Part shown: piece by piece, positions 1 through 9,577 of the stretch
Layout of the letters: each line of letters opens with the position of its first letter
Numbering within the stretch: position 1 is the stretch's first letter
Source: Candidatus Spyradenecus sp.
GTDB taxonomy: Bacteria; Verrucomicrobiota; Verrucomicrobiia; Opitutales; UBA953
Assembly: GCA_045535075.1 (NCBI GenBank)
Contig: JAZSKX010000015.1
Location: forward strand, 1-64,000
Direction of reading: 5' to 3'
Length of the DNA stretch: 64,000 nucleotides
The notes under the pieces: generated by a model
Told to the model about the DNA's origin: nothing
What the model saw: the letters and a program-made list of their open reading frames with translations, nothing else
Databases searched by the model: none
Program-made: the position numbers and the translations under genes

Positions 1-2
1 GG

Positions 3-1010
3 CTGGTTACCTGGGATCCGACGCAGCCGACGGCGACGCGCCCGCTCGCGCTCCAAAAAGACGGCACTTGGTTCACTTACGGCTACGACATCACGAAAAA
101 CGTTTGCGAACTTTTCGGACCGAACGGCTACATCCGCACGACGTACAGTTACACTCCGTTCGGCTCGGTTTCCGCTTCCGAAAACGGCGTCGTCCAAAAC
201 TTCCAATGGTCGTCGGAATACTACGACTCCGAACTCGATCTCGTCTACTACAACTACCGCCACTACTCGCCCTCGCTCGGCCGCTTCCTCTCCCGCGACC
301 CCATCGAGGAGCAGGGAGTGTTGAATCTTTATGGATTTGTGGCAAACAGTACTATCTACGCTTTTGAGAGAATGGGGCTACGTCTTCTGCCGATTGAAAG
401 TAGCGCAGACAAAGTTCCTGTCATCGGCACAACAGGGATTTCAGCTGTCGCTGACTTCTATTTTGAAAATGTTAAATTCAAACCTGACATTGCAACGTTT
501 GCGGGGTTCTACTTGAAGATATCAATTAGCGGAAGCGTTCCCAAATTTACTATTCGCTACAACAAGAATTATTTTTCATCTGAATCAGAGTTTCGTCGAA
601 GCTCTGTCTATATACACGAAAAGCAACATTTTGAAATATCCAAACAGCATTATAACTCTCTTGTCATGGAGCTTAATGCTTACGAGGATTGGTGGATTCT
701 AAAGTGTTGCGATAAAGAATTTACATCTTTTTTTTACGCTAGGATTAAACTGTATAAAAAACGAAAAGAGTTACAAAATTTGAAACTTGAAATTAGGGAC
801 TATGACGGAGAAGCGTTAAGACAGGAATATATGAAACGAGTGGGCTCATTTTTACCAAACCAAGGGAATAATGAGACCGCAGACGAATTCAAAAAACGAA
901 TTGTAGACGACTTCAATAAAGATTATGTGAATGGCTTGAACGTTGCACTGAATCAACTAGAACTTAATGTTAGAAAAGCGAAAGAGGAGCTTGATCAATG
1001 TCTAAAATAA
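3..1010 (+). CDS. RHS-repeat protein, 5'-partial: RHS-associated core plus C-terminal putative toxin domain (HExxH)
   Basis: Frame 3 is open from the window start: ...WDPTQPTATRPL...YTPFG...SSEYYDSELDLVYYNYRHYSPSLGRFLSRDPIEEQGVLNLYGFVAN, the classic RHS core. An AT-rich variable C-terminus containing YIHEKQHFE follows. Confidence 0.9.
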   Translation: MVTWDPTQPTATRPLALQKDGTWFTYGYDITKNVCELFGPNGYIRTTYSYTPFGSVSASENGVVQNFQWSSEYYDSELDLVYYNYRHYSPSLGRFLSRDPIEEQGVLNLYGFVANSTIYAFERMGLRLLPIESSADKVPVIGTTGISAVADFYFENVKFKPDIATFAGFYLKISISGSVPKFTIRYNKNYFSSESEFRRSSVYIHEKQHFEISKQHYNSLVMELNAYEDWWILKCCDKEFTSFFYARIKLYKKRKELQNLKLEIRDYDGEALRQEYMKRVGSFLPNQGNNETADEFKKRIVDDFNKDYVNGLNVALNQLELNVRKAKEELDQCLK

Positions 1011-1360
1011 AAATTGTTTGGAGCCTGCTCTGGTGCTTAGGTTTAAGTGTGCTAATTGTTCTTCTTTTTTGTCCTCTATTTGACGTTGTTTCTCTATATA
1101 TGGATTTGGACAAAACCTTTAAATCAATACCAACAGAAGAAAAAAAATTATTGGAAGAACCGTTAAGTGCAATTCTCCTCGAAGAAGCAGGAAACGGAAG
1201 AGCTGAATACTTAACGGATTCTGATGTCTTTGAGCTTCGTTATAGGATGAGTTTTTGGCAGGCTATCTTTGATTGTGATGTGAAAATTCGCGCGAAGCAA
1301 AACGACACGATCAGAGAGCTGAAAAAGCGCTATACAGGTGCGGGAAAAATCGAATATTAG
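998..1360 (+). CDS. Putative immunity protein with N-terminal TM helix
   Basis: Small AT-rich ORF overlapping the RHS stop by 13 nt, with a hydrophobic N-terminus. The call is positional inference. Confidence 0.55.
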   Translation: MSKIKIVWSLLWCLGLSVLIVLLFCPLFDVVSLYMDLDKTFKSIPTEEKKLLEEPLSAILLEEAGNGRAEYLTDSDVFELRYRMSFWQAIFDCDVKIRAKQNDTIRELKKRYTGAGKIEY

Positions 1361-1412
1361 AGGAAGGGTGAATTATCATAAGGGAAACTTTTTTCAAATT
1401 ATTTCCGGCACG

Positions 1413-1886
1413 ATGATGGCAGCTTCGTCGGAAAACCTCGCCTACGGCTACAACTCGCGGAGTGAACTCGTTTCTGCGACGCTCGGGAACGATAATTATT
1501 CCTATGCTTTCGACGCCATCGGCAACCGCGAAACTTCTTCCGAAGCGGGAACGCCGTTGACTTACGCGGCAAACAATCTGAATCAATATACGGAAATTTG
1601 CTCGGCGGAGCCGATTCAACAGACGGCAACGCCGTCGGCTCAGCTCTCAGCTCTTCAGCTTTTGTATGACGCCGACGGGAACGCGACTATGATTCAAACT
1701 TCCACGGGAACGTGGACAATCTCCTACAACGCGGAAAACCGTCCGATTCGCTTTGAAAACGCGGGAATGCAAACCGTCGTGGAATGTGGCTACGATTCGC
1801 AGGGGCGACGGTTTGAGAAGAAAGTAACGGTCGCGGGAACGACGACGCTGCACCACCGCTACATTTATCGCGGGTATTTTTGGTAG
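1413..1886 (+). pseudogene. Orphan/truncated RHS (YD-repeat) fragment
   Basis: YGYNSRSEL...YAFDAIGNR...YDADGN...YNAENR...YDSQGRR...RYIYRGY. It stops before the core motif, against the convergent gene. Confidence 0.8.
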
Positions 1887-1897
1887 CAGTTTTTGAT

Positions 1898-2878
1898 TTA
1901 AGGAGATTGGGCGTAGGAGTGTTGTGTTGCGATGCCGGCGGTGAGGGCTCGGGGGTTGTTGCGTGTAGAGCTACAGAGTTCCCGTAGGATAATGCGTCCG
2001 ACTTCTGTTTCGAAAACCGAGGAAATGACAAAGCGCGGAGCATTTTTTTCGGCAAGAAGCCAAGTGCGCAGCCGCGGAAAGTTTCCGATAAGAAGCGGCT
2101 TTACGATGGCGACGACCAACGTTCCCGTAGGCATTTCCCAAGGTTCGCGTAAAGATTCGTCGAGGGCGATTTTTTTTGCATCAAGCGGCGGGAGCGCGTA
2201 AACGGCGGCGTCGTTTTCCGGGCTTGCTACGAGCGGTTGTTCGATAAATTCGAGTTGCGGGAACGCGTTGAGCGAAGCCAATGCCGTGAGGGCGGCGCGA
2301 TGATTCCACGCTCCGTTGGCGTCTAATCGGATTTTTGTTTCCGGGGAATTTGTTTTTGCGAGGGCTAGAAGTTTTTCGGCGAAGCGAATTTCTTCGTCGA
2401 GTGCGCAGAGTCCGATTTTAATTTTGAACGTCCGGTATCCTTTTTCGCGGGAACGAAGAATTTGCTCAAAAACGGCTTCCGGTTCGGCGGCGGAATCTCG
2501 CAAAATCAATTTGCAGACGCGTGAGGCGGATGGTTCCGATGACATGATTGCCTTCGGATTTTCCCAAAGAAAATGCGCGGCAGAGAGCGCGTGGCAGGTG
2601 CAAGGAAGATCGCTTATGTGTTTCGTGATTTCGGGAATGGTTTCGACGGGAAAGGGCTTTTCGGCGATTTCGGAGAGTGCTTTTCCCGCTTCGTCGAGCG
2701 TCTCGCATCCGAAGCCGCTCCAAGGCGCGATTTCAGTTTTCACCGGAGGTGTGCGTGCATTTTCGAGCGAAACGAGGATTCCTTCACGCGTTTCGGCGAT
2801 TCCGCGGGATGTTTTGACGGGAACGCGGAATCGGCGGGAGTAGCGGGTGTAAGAAAGCTTGCAGAAGGTTTGCGTCAT
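1898..2878 (-). CDS. menC: o-succinylbenzoate synthase-like enolase-superfamily protein
   Basis: KIKIG, RLDANGAW, FIEQP, LDESL, VKP and SVFET motifs. Confidence 0.7.
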   Translation of the reverse strand: MTQTFCKLSYTRYSRRFRVPVKTSRGIAETREGILVSLENARTPPVKTEIAPWSGFGCETLDEAGKALSEIAEKPFPVETIPEITKHISDLPCTCHALSAAHFLWENPKAIMSSEPSASRVCKLILRDSAAEPEAVFEQILRSREKGYRTFKIKIGLCALDEEIRFAEKLLALAKTNSPETKIRLDANGAWNHRAALTALASLNAFPQLEFIEQPLVASPENDAAVYALPPLDAKKIALDESLREPWEMPTGTLVVAIVKPLLIGNFPRLRTWLLAEKNAPRFVISSVFETEVGRIILRELCSSTRNNPRALTAGIATQHSYAQSP

Positions 2879-2950
2879 TTCGCGGGAAAATCGGGCGTTT
2901 TTTGTGATTCCATTTTAGCGGGAAAATCTGTTTCATAAAACCATTAACTT

Positions 2951-3949
2951 ATGAGAACTCCAACTCCGTCCGTTTATGTTCGCGGCATGGGCGTTTATAC
3001 GCCTGAGCGTCGCCTGACTAATGCCGATTTGACGCGCCTTGTTGATACTTCCGACGAATGGATTCGCACGCGTACGGGAATCATCGAGCGCCGTCTTGCC
3101 GATGCGGACGAGAGCGCTTCGGACATGGCGGCAAAAGCGGGAGAGAAAGCGATTGCCGATGCCGGAATCGCCAAAGAAGAAATTGATTTGATTATCGTGG
3201 CGACGGCGACGCCGGATCATGCGTTTCCGTCGACGGCTTGCCGCACGCAGGCGAAACTCGGATTAAAAGACATTCCCGCATTTGATATGTCGGCGGCGTG
3301 TTCAGGTTTCATCTACATGATGCAGATTGCAAATCACATGTTGCGCGCCGGTGATTATCGCAACGTACTGATTATTTCGACAGAAAAGCTTTCTTCGATC
3401 GTTAATTGGGAAGATCGCAATACTTGCGTGCTTTTCGGTGATGCGGCGGCGGCATTCGTTTTGACGAAATGCAACGAACCGTATGTCGGAATTCTCGGGA
3501 ATATTCTCGGTGCGGACGGATCGAGCGGAGATTTGTTAAACCTTCCGGCCGGCGGGAGCGCGTGTCCGGCAAGTTACGAAACGGTTCGCAACGGCGATCA
3601 TTATCTGCATATGGCAGGGCAGGAAGTTTTCAAGGTCGCCGTGCGTACGATGTCGGATTGTTGCAAGCGCTTGCTCGAAAAGTGCAATGTAACGGCGGAC
3701 GAAATTAAGTGCGTTATTCCCCATCAGGCAAACCTGCGCATCATCGATGCCGTGGCGCGTCAAGTCGGTATCCCGATTGAAAAATTCTGTGTGAACTTGC
3801 AGAACTACGGGAACACGTCTTCGGCGACAATCCCGAATTGTATGAAGGAAGCTTACGATGCCGGGCGGTTTAAAGCCGGTGATTTGGTACTCTTGACGGC
3901 ATTCGGCGGCGGATTTACTTGGGGCGCAACGCTCATCCGTTGGAAATAA
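2951..3949 (+). CDS. fabH: 3-oxoacyl-ACP synthase III
   Basis: DTSDEWIRTRTGI, AACSGF, HQANLRII, YGNTSSA, GGGFTWG. Confidence 0.97.
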   Translation: MRTPTPSVYVRGMGVYTPERRLTNADLTRLVDTSDEWIRTRTGIIERRLADADESASDMAAKAGEKAIADAGIAKEEIDLIIVATATPDHAFPSTACRTQAKLGLKDIPAFDMSAACSGFIYMMQIANHMLRAGDYRNVLIISTEKLSSIVNWEDRNTCVLFGDAAAAFVLTKCNEPYVGILGNILGADGSSGDLLNLPAGGSACPASYETVRNGDHYLHMAGQEVFKVAVRTMSDCCKRLLEKCNVTADEIKCVIPHQANLRIIDAVARQVGIPIEKFCVNLQNYGNTSSATIPNCMKEAYDAGRFKAGDLVLLTAFGGGFTWGATLIRWK

Positions 3950-3955
3950 TTCGGA

Positions 3956-5326
3956 ATGAAGTTTTTCGCGACAGCATTGTTGGCTGCAAGCCTGCTAAGC
4001 GTTCCCGCGTGGATGTATTCCGCCGATTCGGACGCGGTTTCTTCGACGAAGCAGGAATCAAGCGACGCGGCGCTTTCTTCGAGCGCATGGGAAAAAATCG
4101 CGGGAGCGATCAAGGCGGGCGGGAACGAGCTCGGCGCCCGCGAACCGCTTGTAAAAGCCTATGCCGAGGGGCTTTGGGTGCGTTCCCGTAATTGGCGTTT
4201 GTCCGACGAGATTCGCATTGAAGCGATTGCAATGTTGGCGAATGCGTATAATCTGCAGCGTGATCCCAATCATAAAAACGATGCCGGCGAGGCGGTGCTT
4301 TATTCGTTAAGCGATGATTGTAAGGAGGCGGAAGCACTTTACGAAGCGGTAATTACAGCGTTCCCGACGACGCTTTTTGCTGCGGAGGCGTTCTATCAGC
4401 AAAGCGTTATTTTGACGATGACGCGCCAGTTTGAGGATGCATTTGCGCGTATTACGGCTTTGGTGGAAACGTATCCCGGTTCGGATCGTATCGCCGATGC
4501 GCTGGCGCAAGGCTACATGATTGCGGAAATGGGGCGACAGGGCGTGCGGCCTCGCAAGTTCGGCGGAAGAATCCCCTGGCTGAAAGATCGGAAAGCGGTT
4601 TTGCGTTTTTACGATACTCTTTATGCGATTGCGCCGCAGTCTGCGATTGCGCCGCGCGTGCTTTTTCAGAAAGGTTCTTTTGCCTCGGAAATTGCGACGG
4701 AAATTTTTGAGGGTGAGCGCACGCAGGAGGCAATTGAGGCATTCGAACAACTGATTAGCTCTCACCCGGATTCTCCGCTTGTTCCCGACGCATATTTGCG
4801 CTTGGCGGCGACTTACGAGAGCCTTTGTCCGGGCGCGGATTGGGATCAGGTTTCGACACGCCGTGCTCTCAACTACTACACGGATTTCTACTCGCTTTAT
4901 CCCGACCACCCGAAGGCGGAATTTGCGTATAATCGTACGGAAGAACTGCGTTCGCTGATTGCCGAAAATCGGCTTACGGTCGGCGATTTTTACTATATTC
5001 GACGCAATAATTTGCGCGCCGCGCTCGTTTTTTACAACGAGGCTCTCACGCATGCTCCGGATTCTCCCGCCGCAGCCGAAGCGCGTAAACGCATCGAGAA
5101 AATTCGTCGCGGAGAACGCGCCCGACTCACATTTATCGACTGGCTTTTCGGGCGCTATCCGGCGCCGAGAACCAAGGATTTTGCCGATGCTCCGTCGCAA
5201 CAGTCTCTCGATGAGATGGGTTTCCGTTCTGCGGAATCGCTTGAGCGGGCGGAGGATGCGGAAGATGAGAAGGCGCCGCTGAATGAATCGCGCCGCGTAT
5301 TTACGGAACCCGGAGAAGATGCTTAA
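3956..5326 (+). CDS. bamD: BamD-like TPR outer-membrane assembly protein
   Basis: Signal peptide and TPR-like helices; DQVSTRRALNYYTDFYSLYPDHP...VGDFY...AALVFY. Confidence 0.7.
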   Translation: MKFFATALLAASLLSVPAWMYSADSDAVSSTKQESSDAALSSSAWEKIAGAIKAGGNELGAREPLVKAYAEGLWVRSRNWRLSDEIRIEAIAMLANAYNLQRDPNHKNDAGEAVLYSLSDDCKEAEALYEAVITAFPTTLFAAEAFYQQSVILTMTRQFEDAFARITALVETYPGSDRIADALAQGYMIAEMGRQGVRPRKFGGRIPWLKDRKAVLRFYDTLYAIAPQSAIAPRVLFQKGSFASEIATEIFEGERTQEAIEAFEQLISSHPDSPLVPDAYLRLAATYESLCPGADWDQVSTRRALNYYTDFYSLYPDHPKAEFAYNRTEELRSLIAENRLTVGDFYYIRRNNLRAALVFYNEALTHAPDSPAAAEARKRIEKIRRGERARLTFIDWLFGRYPAPRTKDFADAPSQQSLDEMGFRSAESLERAEDAEDEKAPLNESRRVFTEPGEDA

Positions 5327-5330
5327 TCCC

Positions 5331-5837
5331 ATGTTTAAACGTTTATTGTTTATTGTCGCTTTGTTCGCGGGAACGCTTTTGGGCGTGGCCTGCTCTTATT
5401 CTTTCGGCGGGCGCGGTCCTTTGCCTTTCTCGACGATTATGGTCGCTCCCGTCAAAAATATGACGGATTTGGCGCAGACGCAGGCAACGCTCGCTCGCAA
5501 TATCATCGACAGCCTCAACACCGAGGCAAATTTGGAAGTCGTGCCTTATAACGGGCAGGCGGAACTTTCCGTTGAAATTGCCGAAGTCAAGCGTACGGTT
5601 TCTCTGACGAATTCGCGAAACACGGATGTTGCCAGCACGACGACAATGACCTTGAAACTGAATTGCTCTCTGCGAGATATGCGAACGGGAAAATACTACT
5701 TCCGCAATCGGGTGATCCGCGTTTCGTCCGAAAATTATATGGGCGGGCAGGCAGGGCTTTTAGAAACGCAGGTTTTCCCGCAACTTTCCCGCGATGCCGC
5801 CCGAAAAATCAAGGATACGATTGTCAGTACCTGGTAG
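5331..5837 (+). CDS. lptE: LptE-like LPS assembly lipoprotein
   Basis: Lipobox GVAC-S-Y, VAPVKNMT, C-terminal ...IVSTW; lies after the bamD-like gene. Confidence 0.65.
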   Translation: MFKRLLFIVALFAGTLLGVACSYSFGGRGPLPFSTIMVAPVKNMTDLAQTQATLARNIIDSLNTEANLEVVPYNGQAELSVEIAEVKRTVSLTNSRNTDVASTTTMTLKLNCSLRDMRTGKYYFRNRVIRVSSENYMGGQAGLLETQVFPQLSRDAARKIKDTIVSTW

Positions 5838-5930
5838 CCTCTGAAGCCCTTTTATGGTTGAAACAACGCTCCGAAAGGCTTTAGTCTAAACGAATCAGTT
5901 TTCTCGTAACCCGTTTTATTTCCCCTATTT

Positions 5931-6692
5931 ATGAAAAATCCCCTCAAAAAATTCCTCGTATTGTTGTCCGCGTTTGCGGTTTGTGTCGTTCCCGCGTTTG
6001 CGCAGGAGGCTCCCGTGAAAGTTCCGGACATCCAAGTGCAAAAAGTTGACTTCAAGACGGTTCAAATGCCGAATGCCGATCCCGCGTACAAGTGGGGGCA
6101 GACAAAAGTTGAATTCAAAGTCAATGCGGCTCCGGGATACTTAGCCGGTTCGTTCCTGAACAACGTGAAGATGCGCGTAACCTTAGTCTATGAAAAGACG
6201 GCGGCATCGCTTACGTCTGAAGGCGGAACGAGTTCCCGCGCGCGCGGGAGCCGGGGCAAGGCGATGGTTGAAAAAGCAGTTGCCGAAGCCGGAGGAAGCC
6301 GTGGAGATGCATTCACATATTATCGTGCGGCAGTAACGTTCGCGGCTCTTAAAGTGAACGACGGAAAAAAAGAATTTACATTCTACATTCCGGGCGAAAT
6401 CGTTGAGCGCGATAAAGAAAAAATGCCCGGGAACGCCAAGCCGAAATTTTATTACGTCGAATTCGAATACAACGATATGGTGATTGCGCCGTTCGATGCT
6501 GCCGGCAAACGCCGCAATAACTATATTGATGCGCAAATCAAGCAAGTAGGCGATTTCGAACAGCTCAGCAACTGGGCGGATTCCGCCGTTTCCGAAACTA
6601 AAGGACTTTTCCTTCCCGCGTATTTGACGCCGGGCGGCTATGGCTTCGTGAAAGCGGCTCCGTCGGTTGTTCGCGATGAAGTTCAACAATAA
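5931..6692 (+). CDS. Secreted protein, probable Amuc_1102-like pilus-system component
   Basis: Signal peptide (AFA/QE); first gene of a five-gene cluster matching the Akkermansia Amuc_1102-1098 order (synteny inference). Confidence 0.5.
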   Translation: MKNPLKKFLVLLSAFAVCVVPAFAQEAPVKVPDIQVQKVDFKTVQMPNADPAYKWGQTKVEFKVNAAPGYLAGSFLNNVKMRVTLVYEKTAASLTSEGGTSSRARGSRGKAMVEKAVAEAGGSRGDAFTYYRAAVTFAALKVNDGKKEFTFYIPGEIVERDKEKMPGNAKPKFYYVEFEYNDMVIAPFDAAGKRRNNYIDAQIKQVGDFEQLSNWADSAVSETKGLFLPAYLTPGGYGFVKAAPSVVRDEVQQ

Positions 6693-6712
6693 TTCTTTTC
6701 ACCCTACGCTCT

Positions 6713-8455
6713 ATGGGCAGTAATGCTACAAAAACCATAATTAACTGCGGGACGACGCAGGTTTCCGCTTCCGTTTTTTCGGCGGATGCGGGAACGCTGG
6801 TGCTGGAGAAGCTCGTCGTCGAAAATCTCGTTTATAATTACACGGAGAAAGATGAGTGGCCGGTTGCGGCAACGAATGCGCTCCGCAATATTTTTTCGAC
6901 GATGAAGCCGAAAGGCGAGATCGTCGTTATTGCTCCCGGCCAGCTTTTGTTGACGCGCAATGTCCGTGTTCCGCAGGTTGAAGAATCGAAACGCGACGGT
7001 GTTATCGCCTTTGAAGCTGCCAATAATTTCCCGTTCCCGCTGGAAGAACTCGTTTGGGGAAGCCAGGTAATTGCATCGGACGGCGTTGAAGAAAGCGTTG
7101 TTATCTTCGCGTTGAAGAAAACGGAGATTGTGCGCTTCACGAATTTGCTTATCAAGGAAGCCAAGCTTGTTCCCGACACCATTCAGCCGGCGACTAATCT
7201 TGATGTTCAGGCTTATCGCTATGCGACACTGGGTGAGAGCGGAGAAGATCCGGTGCTTATCGTGAATGTCGGAGCGCACACGACGAATCTTACCTTTGTT
7301 ACACCGAACGGATTTGACATCAACAATATCGGCTTGGGCGGGAACTACGTTACCCAAAAACTCGCCGAGGCTACGGGGATTCCTTTCCAGGCGGCAGAAC
7401 AAAAGAAAATTGCGTATTTTACGGAATCGGCGCGTTTTGCTCACGACGATCCCGTTCCCGCGACGATTCTTGCCGCCGGCGATTCGTTTGTGCGCCGCTT
7501 GAGTCAGGACATCACGCGACGTCTCATAGCGTTTAAGCGCGCGAACGGCGGCGTAGGTCCTAAGAAAATCTTTATTTCCGGGCGCGGCTCGCTCTTGCCG
7601 GGCATGGCAAAGAAGCTTTCGGATTTGCAGCGTGTCGATGTTGAAGTGCTTGACGCGACATCGCTTGTGCGCTGTGCCCCCGGCGTTGATTCCGACATGG
7701 TGTACAATGAGCGCTTTGAATTGCAGGAAGTTATCGGCGAAGCCTCTTCGCTTGTAATGCCGGATGTAAAAAGCGTTAATCTTCTTCCGCCGGAAATTGC
7801 CAAAGAACTGGATTTTAAGAAGAAAATGCCGTTCCTTGCTCTTGCCGGACTCTTCCTTGCCGTTGCTCCGTGGCCGGTTTGGATGCATTATTCCGAGGTC
7901 GGCACCGCGCTTGATACGGTTAAAAAATCTCAGGTGGAAAACATCAAAAAGCTTGAGGAGCGTGAGAGCGTGCTGAAGGATTTGGACGAACAATGCAAAA
8001 AGCTCAGATTCTACGCCGAAGAATTTGCGTCCGTGCTGGACAGACGTTTTCGTTGGAATGATTTCATGGCGGACGGACAGGCGTGTTTGGGACGTTTGCA
8101 GACGCGCACGGCGAAAGATGAAGACGGCGAAACGATCTTTTCTTCGGATCGTCATATTTGGCTGGATTCGCTTTCCGTGCGTCGCTCGTTGAAACCGGCG
8201 GCGGAAGACCTTCCCGCGAAAATCGTTTGTGACGTTGAAATCAAGTTTGCCATGCTGATTCCGGAAGTCGATGCCGATACTCCGGAACATAACGCCGGCG
8301 TGTTTGAAGCGCGTCGGAAATTGATTCTCGAATCGTTGAAATCTGCGGAGTTTGTTGACCAAAACGAAAAAATCACCGACAAACCGGACTTCTCCAAGCC
8401 GAATTTGCCGACGCTGACGGTTACGCTTCGCCTCAAATCCGATAAAGGACTTTAA
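6713..8455 (+). CDS. PilM(-PilN)-like actin-fold pilus assembly protein (Amuc_1101-like)
   Basis: INCGTT, FEAANNFPFPLEE, VNVGAHTTNL, SGRGSLLPG, then VNLLP plus a TM helix and a coiled coil (PilN-like). Confidence 0.85.
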   Translation: MGSNATKTIINCGTTQVSASVFSADAGTLVLEKLVVENLVYNYTEKDEWPVAATNALRNIFSTMKPKGEIVVIAPGQLLLTRNVRVPQVEESKRDGVIAFEAANNFPFPLEELVWGSQVIASDGVEESVVIFALKKTEIVRFTNLLIKEAKLVPDTIQPATNLDVQAYRYATLGESGEDPVLIVNVGAHTTNLTFVTPNGFDINNIGLGGNYVTQKLAEATGIPFQAAEQKKIAYFTESARFAHDDPVPATILAAGDSFVRRLSQDITRRLIAFKRANGGVGPKKIFISGRGSLLPGMAKKLSDLQRVDVEVLDATSLVRCAPGVDSDMVYNERFELQEVIGEASSLVMPDVKSVNLLPPEIAKELDFKKKMPFLALAGLFLAVAPWPVWMHYSEVGTALDTVKKSQVENIKKLEERESVLKDLDEQCKKLRFYAEEFASVLDRRFRWNDFMADGQACLGRLQTRTAKDEDGETIFSSDRHIWLDSLSVRRSLKPAAEDLPAKIVCDVEIKFAMLIPEVDADTPEHNAGVFEARRKLILESLKSAEFVDQNEKITDKPDFSKPNLPTLTVTLRLKSDKGL

Positions 8456-8458
8456 GCC

Positions 8459-9565
8459 ATGAAAAAGAATTTACCTATCATTTTGATCTTGGCTCTTTGC
8501 GGGATCGCGTTTGTCGGCGGCGTTGCCGTGACGGTTTCTTCAATTCTCGACAACGGTAAAAAAGAAGTAACCATCGAAAAAAACAAAAAAACGATTGATA
8601 AATTGGTGAAGCGAAAGACGCTTGCTCTTTCCGAAGAAAACATCGAGCTCGGGAAGTCCACGCTTGAAGCGCTGAAGGCGACGGTAAAAGTCCGAATCGG
8701 AACGCTTTTGCAACCCAAGCGTCTCGAAACGTTTTTCAAGGGAGATGCGACGCAGTTTATGTCCATCCTGACGGAGCGTGCCCGTGACTGGTCGCGTATG
8801 TGCGAAGACCAGAGTGTTGAGGTCGCTCCTGCGGTTCGCGGATTTGGGTTCTCCCGTTATTTGGTTAATAATGAAACTGCTCCCGCAGCCATGTTGGAAA
8901 AGATGGATTTGGAAGCGGCGATTACCGGCGAACTTATCAAAGCGCTTGTGGAAGCACGTGCAGATAATGAGAAAGAATTGCGCACGGCAAATGTGCTTGC
9001 AGCGTCGGACTCGACGTATCTTAAGTTGGTTGCGGTCGCACGTGAGGCCATTGAGCTTGCTCCGGCGCAACGTCGTTCGCTTCAGCGCGACGAAATCGTC
9101 GTCGATCCCATCGCCGATGCCGGAGATACGGGACTCGCAAGACTTTCGGATTCTGCGTCACGGGAATTGAAATACGAATCTATGCGTCGGGAAAATGCGG
9201 TAGACGCGATCGCGTTCCGCATCAGTTTTATCGGCGACACGGGTGTACTTCGTAAATTTATCCGACATCTCGAAACGTACCCGATTTATGTGCGCGACAT
9301 TGAAGCTTCGCGTGCGACTCCGGATATGCTTCCGGAAAAGAACGTCCCGGCTGCGGGAACGTCGCCTGCTCCCGTTGTGAACAATATGTTCGACCTTTTC
9401 GGCGCGGGACCGACGGTTACCGCTACGGAACAGGCAGCTCCGCGCGTTCCCGCGCGCCGTGTAATTGTTGAGAATGTCCCGGAATTGTTTACCGTTACGT
9501 TGGAATACATTTCTCCGAAAATGACGAAAATGAAAAAGCAGGAAGAAGAACAAAAATCCGAATAG
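8459..9565 (+). CDS. PilO-like / Amuc_1100-like pilus-system protein
   Basis: N-terminal TM helix, coiled coil, FGFSRY, FRISFIGDTGVLRKFI; lies after the PilM-like gene. Confidence 0.6.
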   Translation: MKKNLPIILILALCGIAFVGGVAVTVSSILDNGKKEVTIEKNKKTIDKLVKRKTLALSEENIELGKSTLEALKATVKVRIGTLLQPKRLETFFKGDATQFMSILTERARDWSRMCEDQSVEVAPAVRGFGFSRYLVNNETAPAAMLEKMDLEAAITGELIKALVEARADNEKELRTANVLAASDSTYLKLVAVAREAIELAPAQRRSLQRDEIVVDPIADAGDTGLARLSDSASRELKYESMRRENAVDAIAFRISFIGDTGVLRKFIRHLETYPIYVRDIEASRATPDMLPEKNVPAAGTSPAPVVNNMFDLFGAGPTVTATEQAAPRVPARRVIVENVPELFTVTLEYISPKMTKMKKQEEEQKSE

Positions 9566-9577
9566 AAAGTTAAAAAC

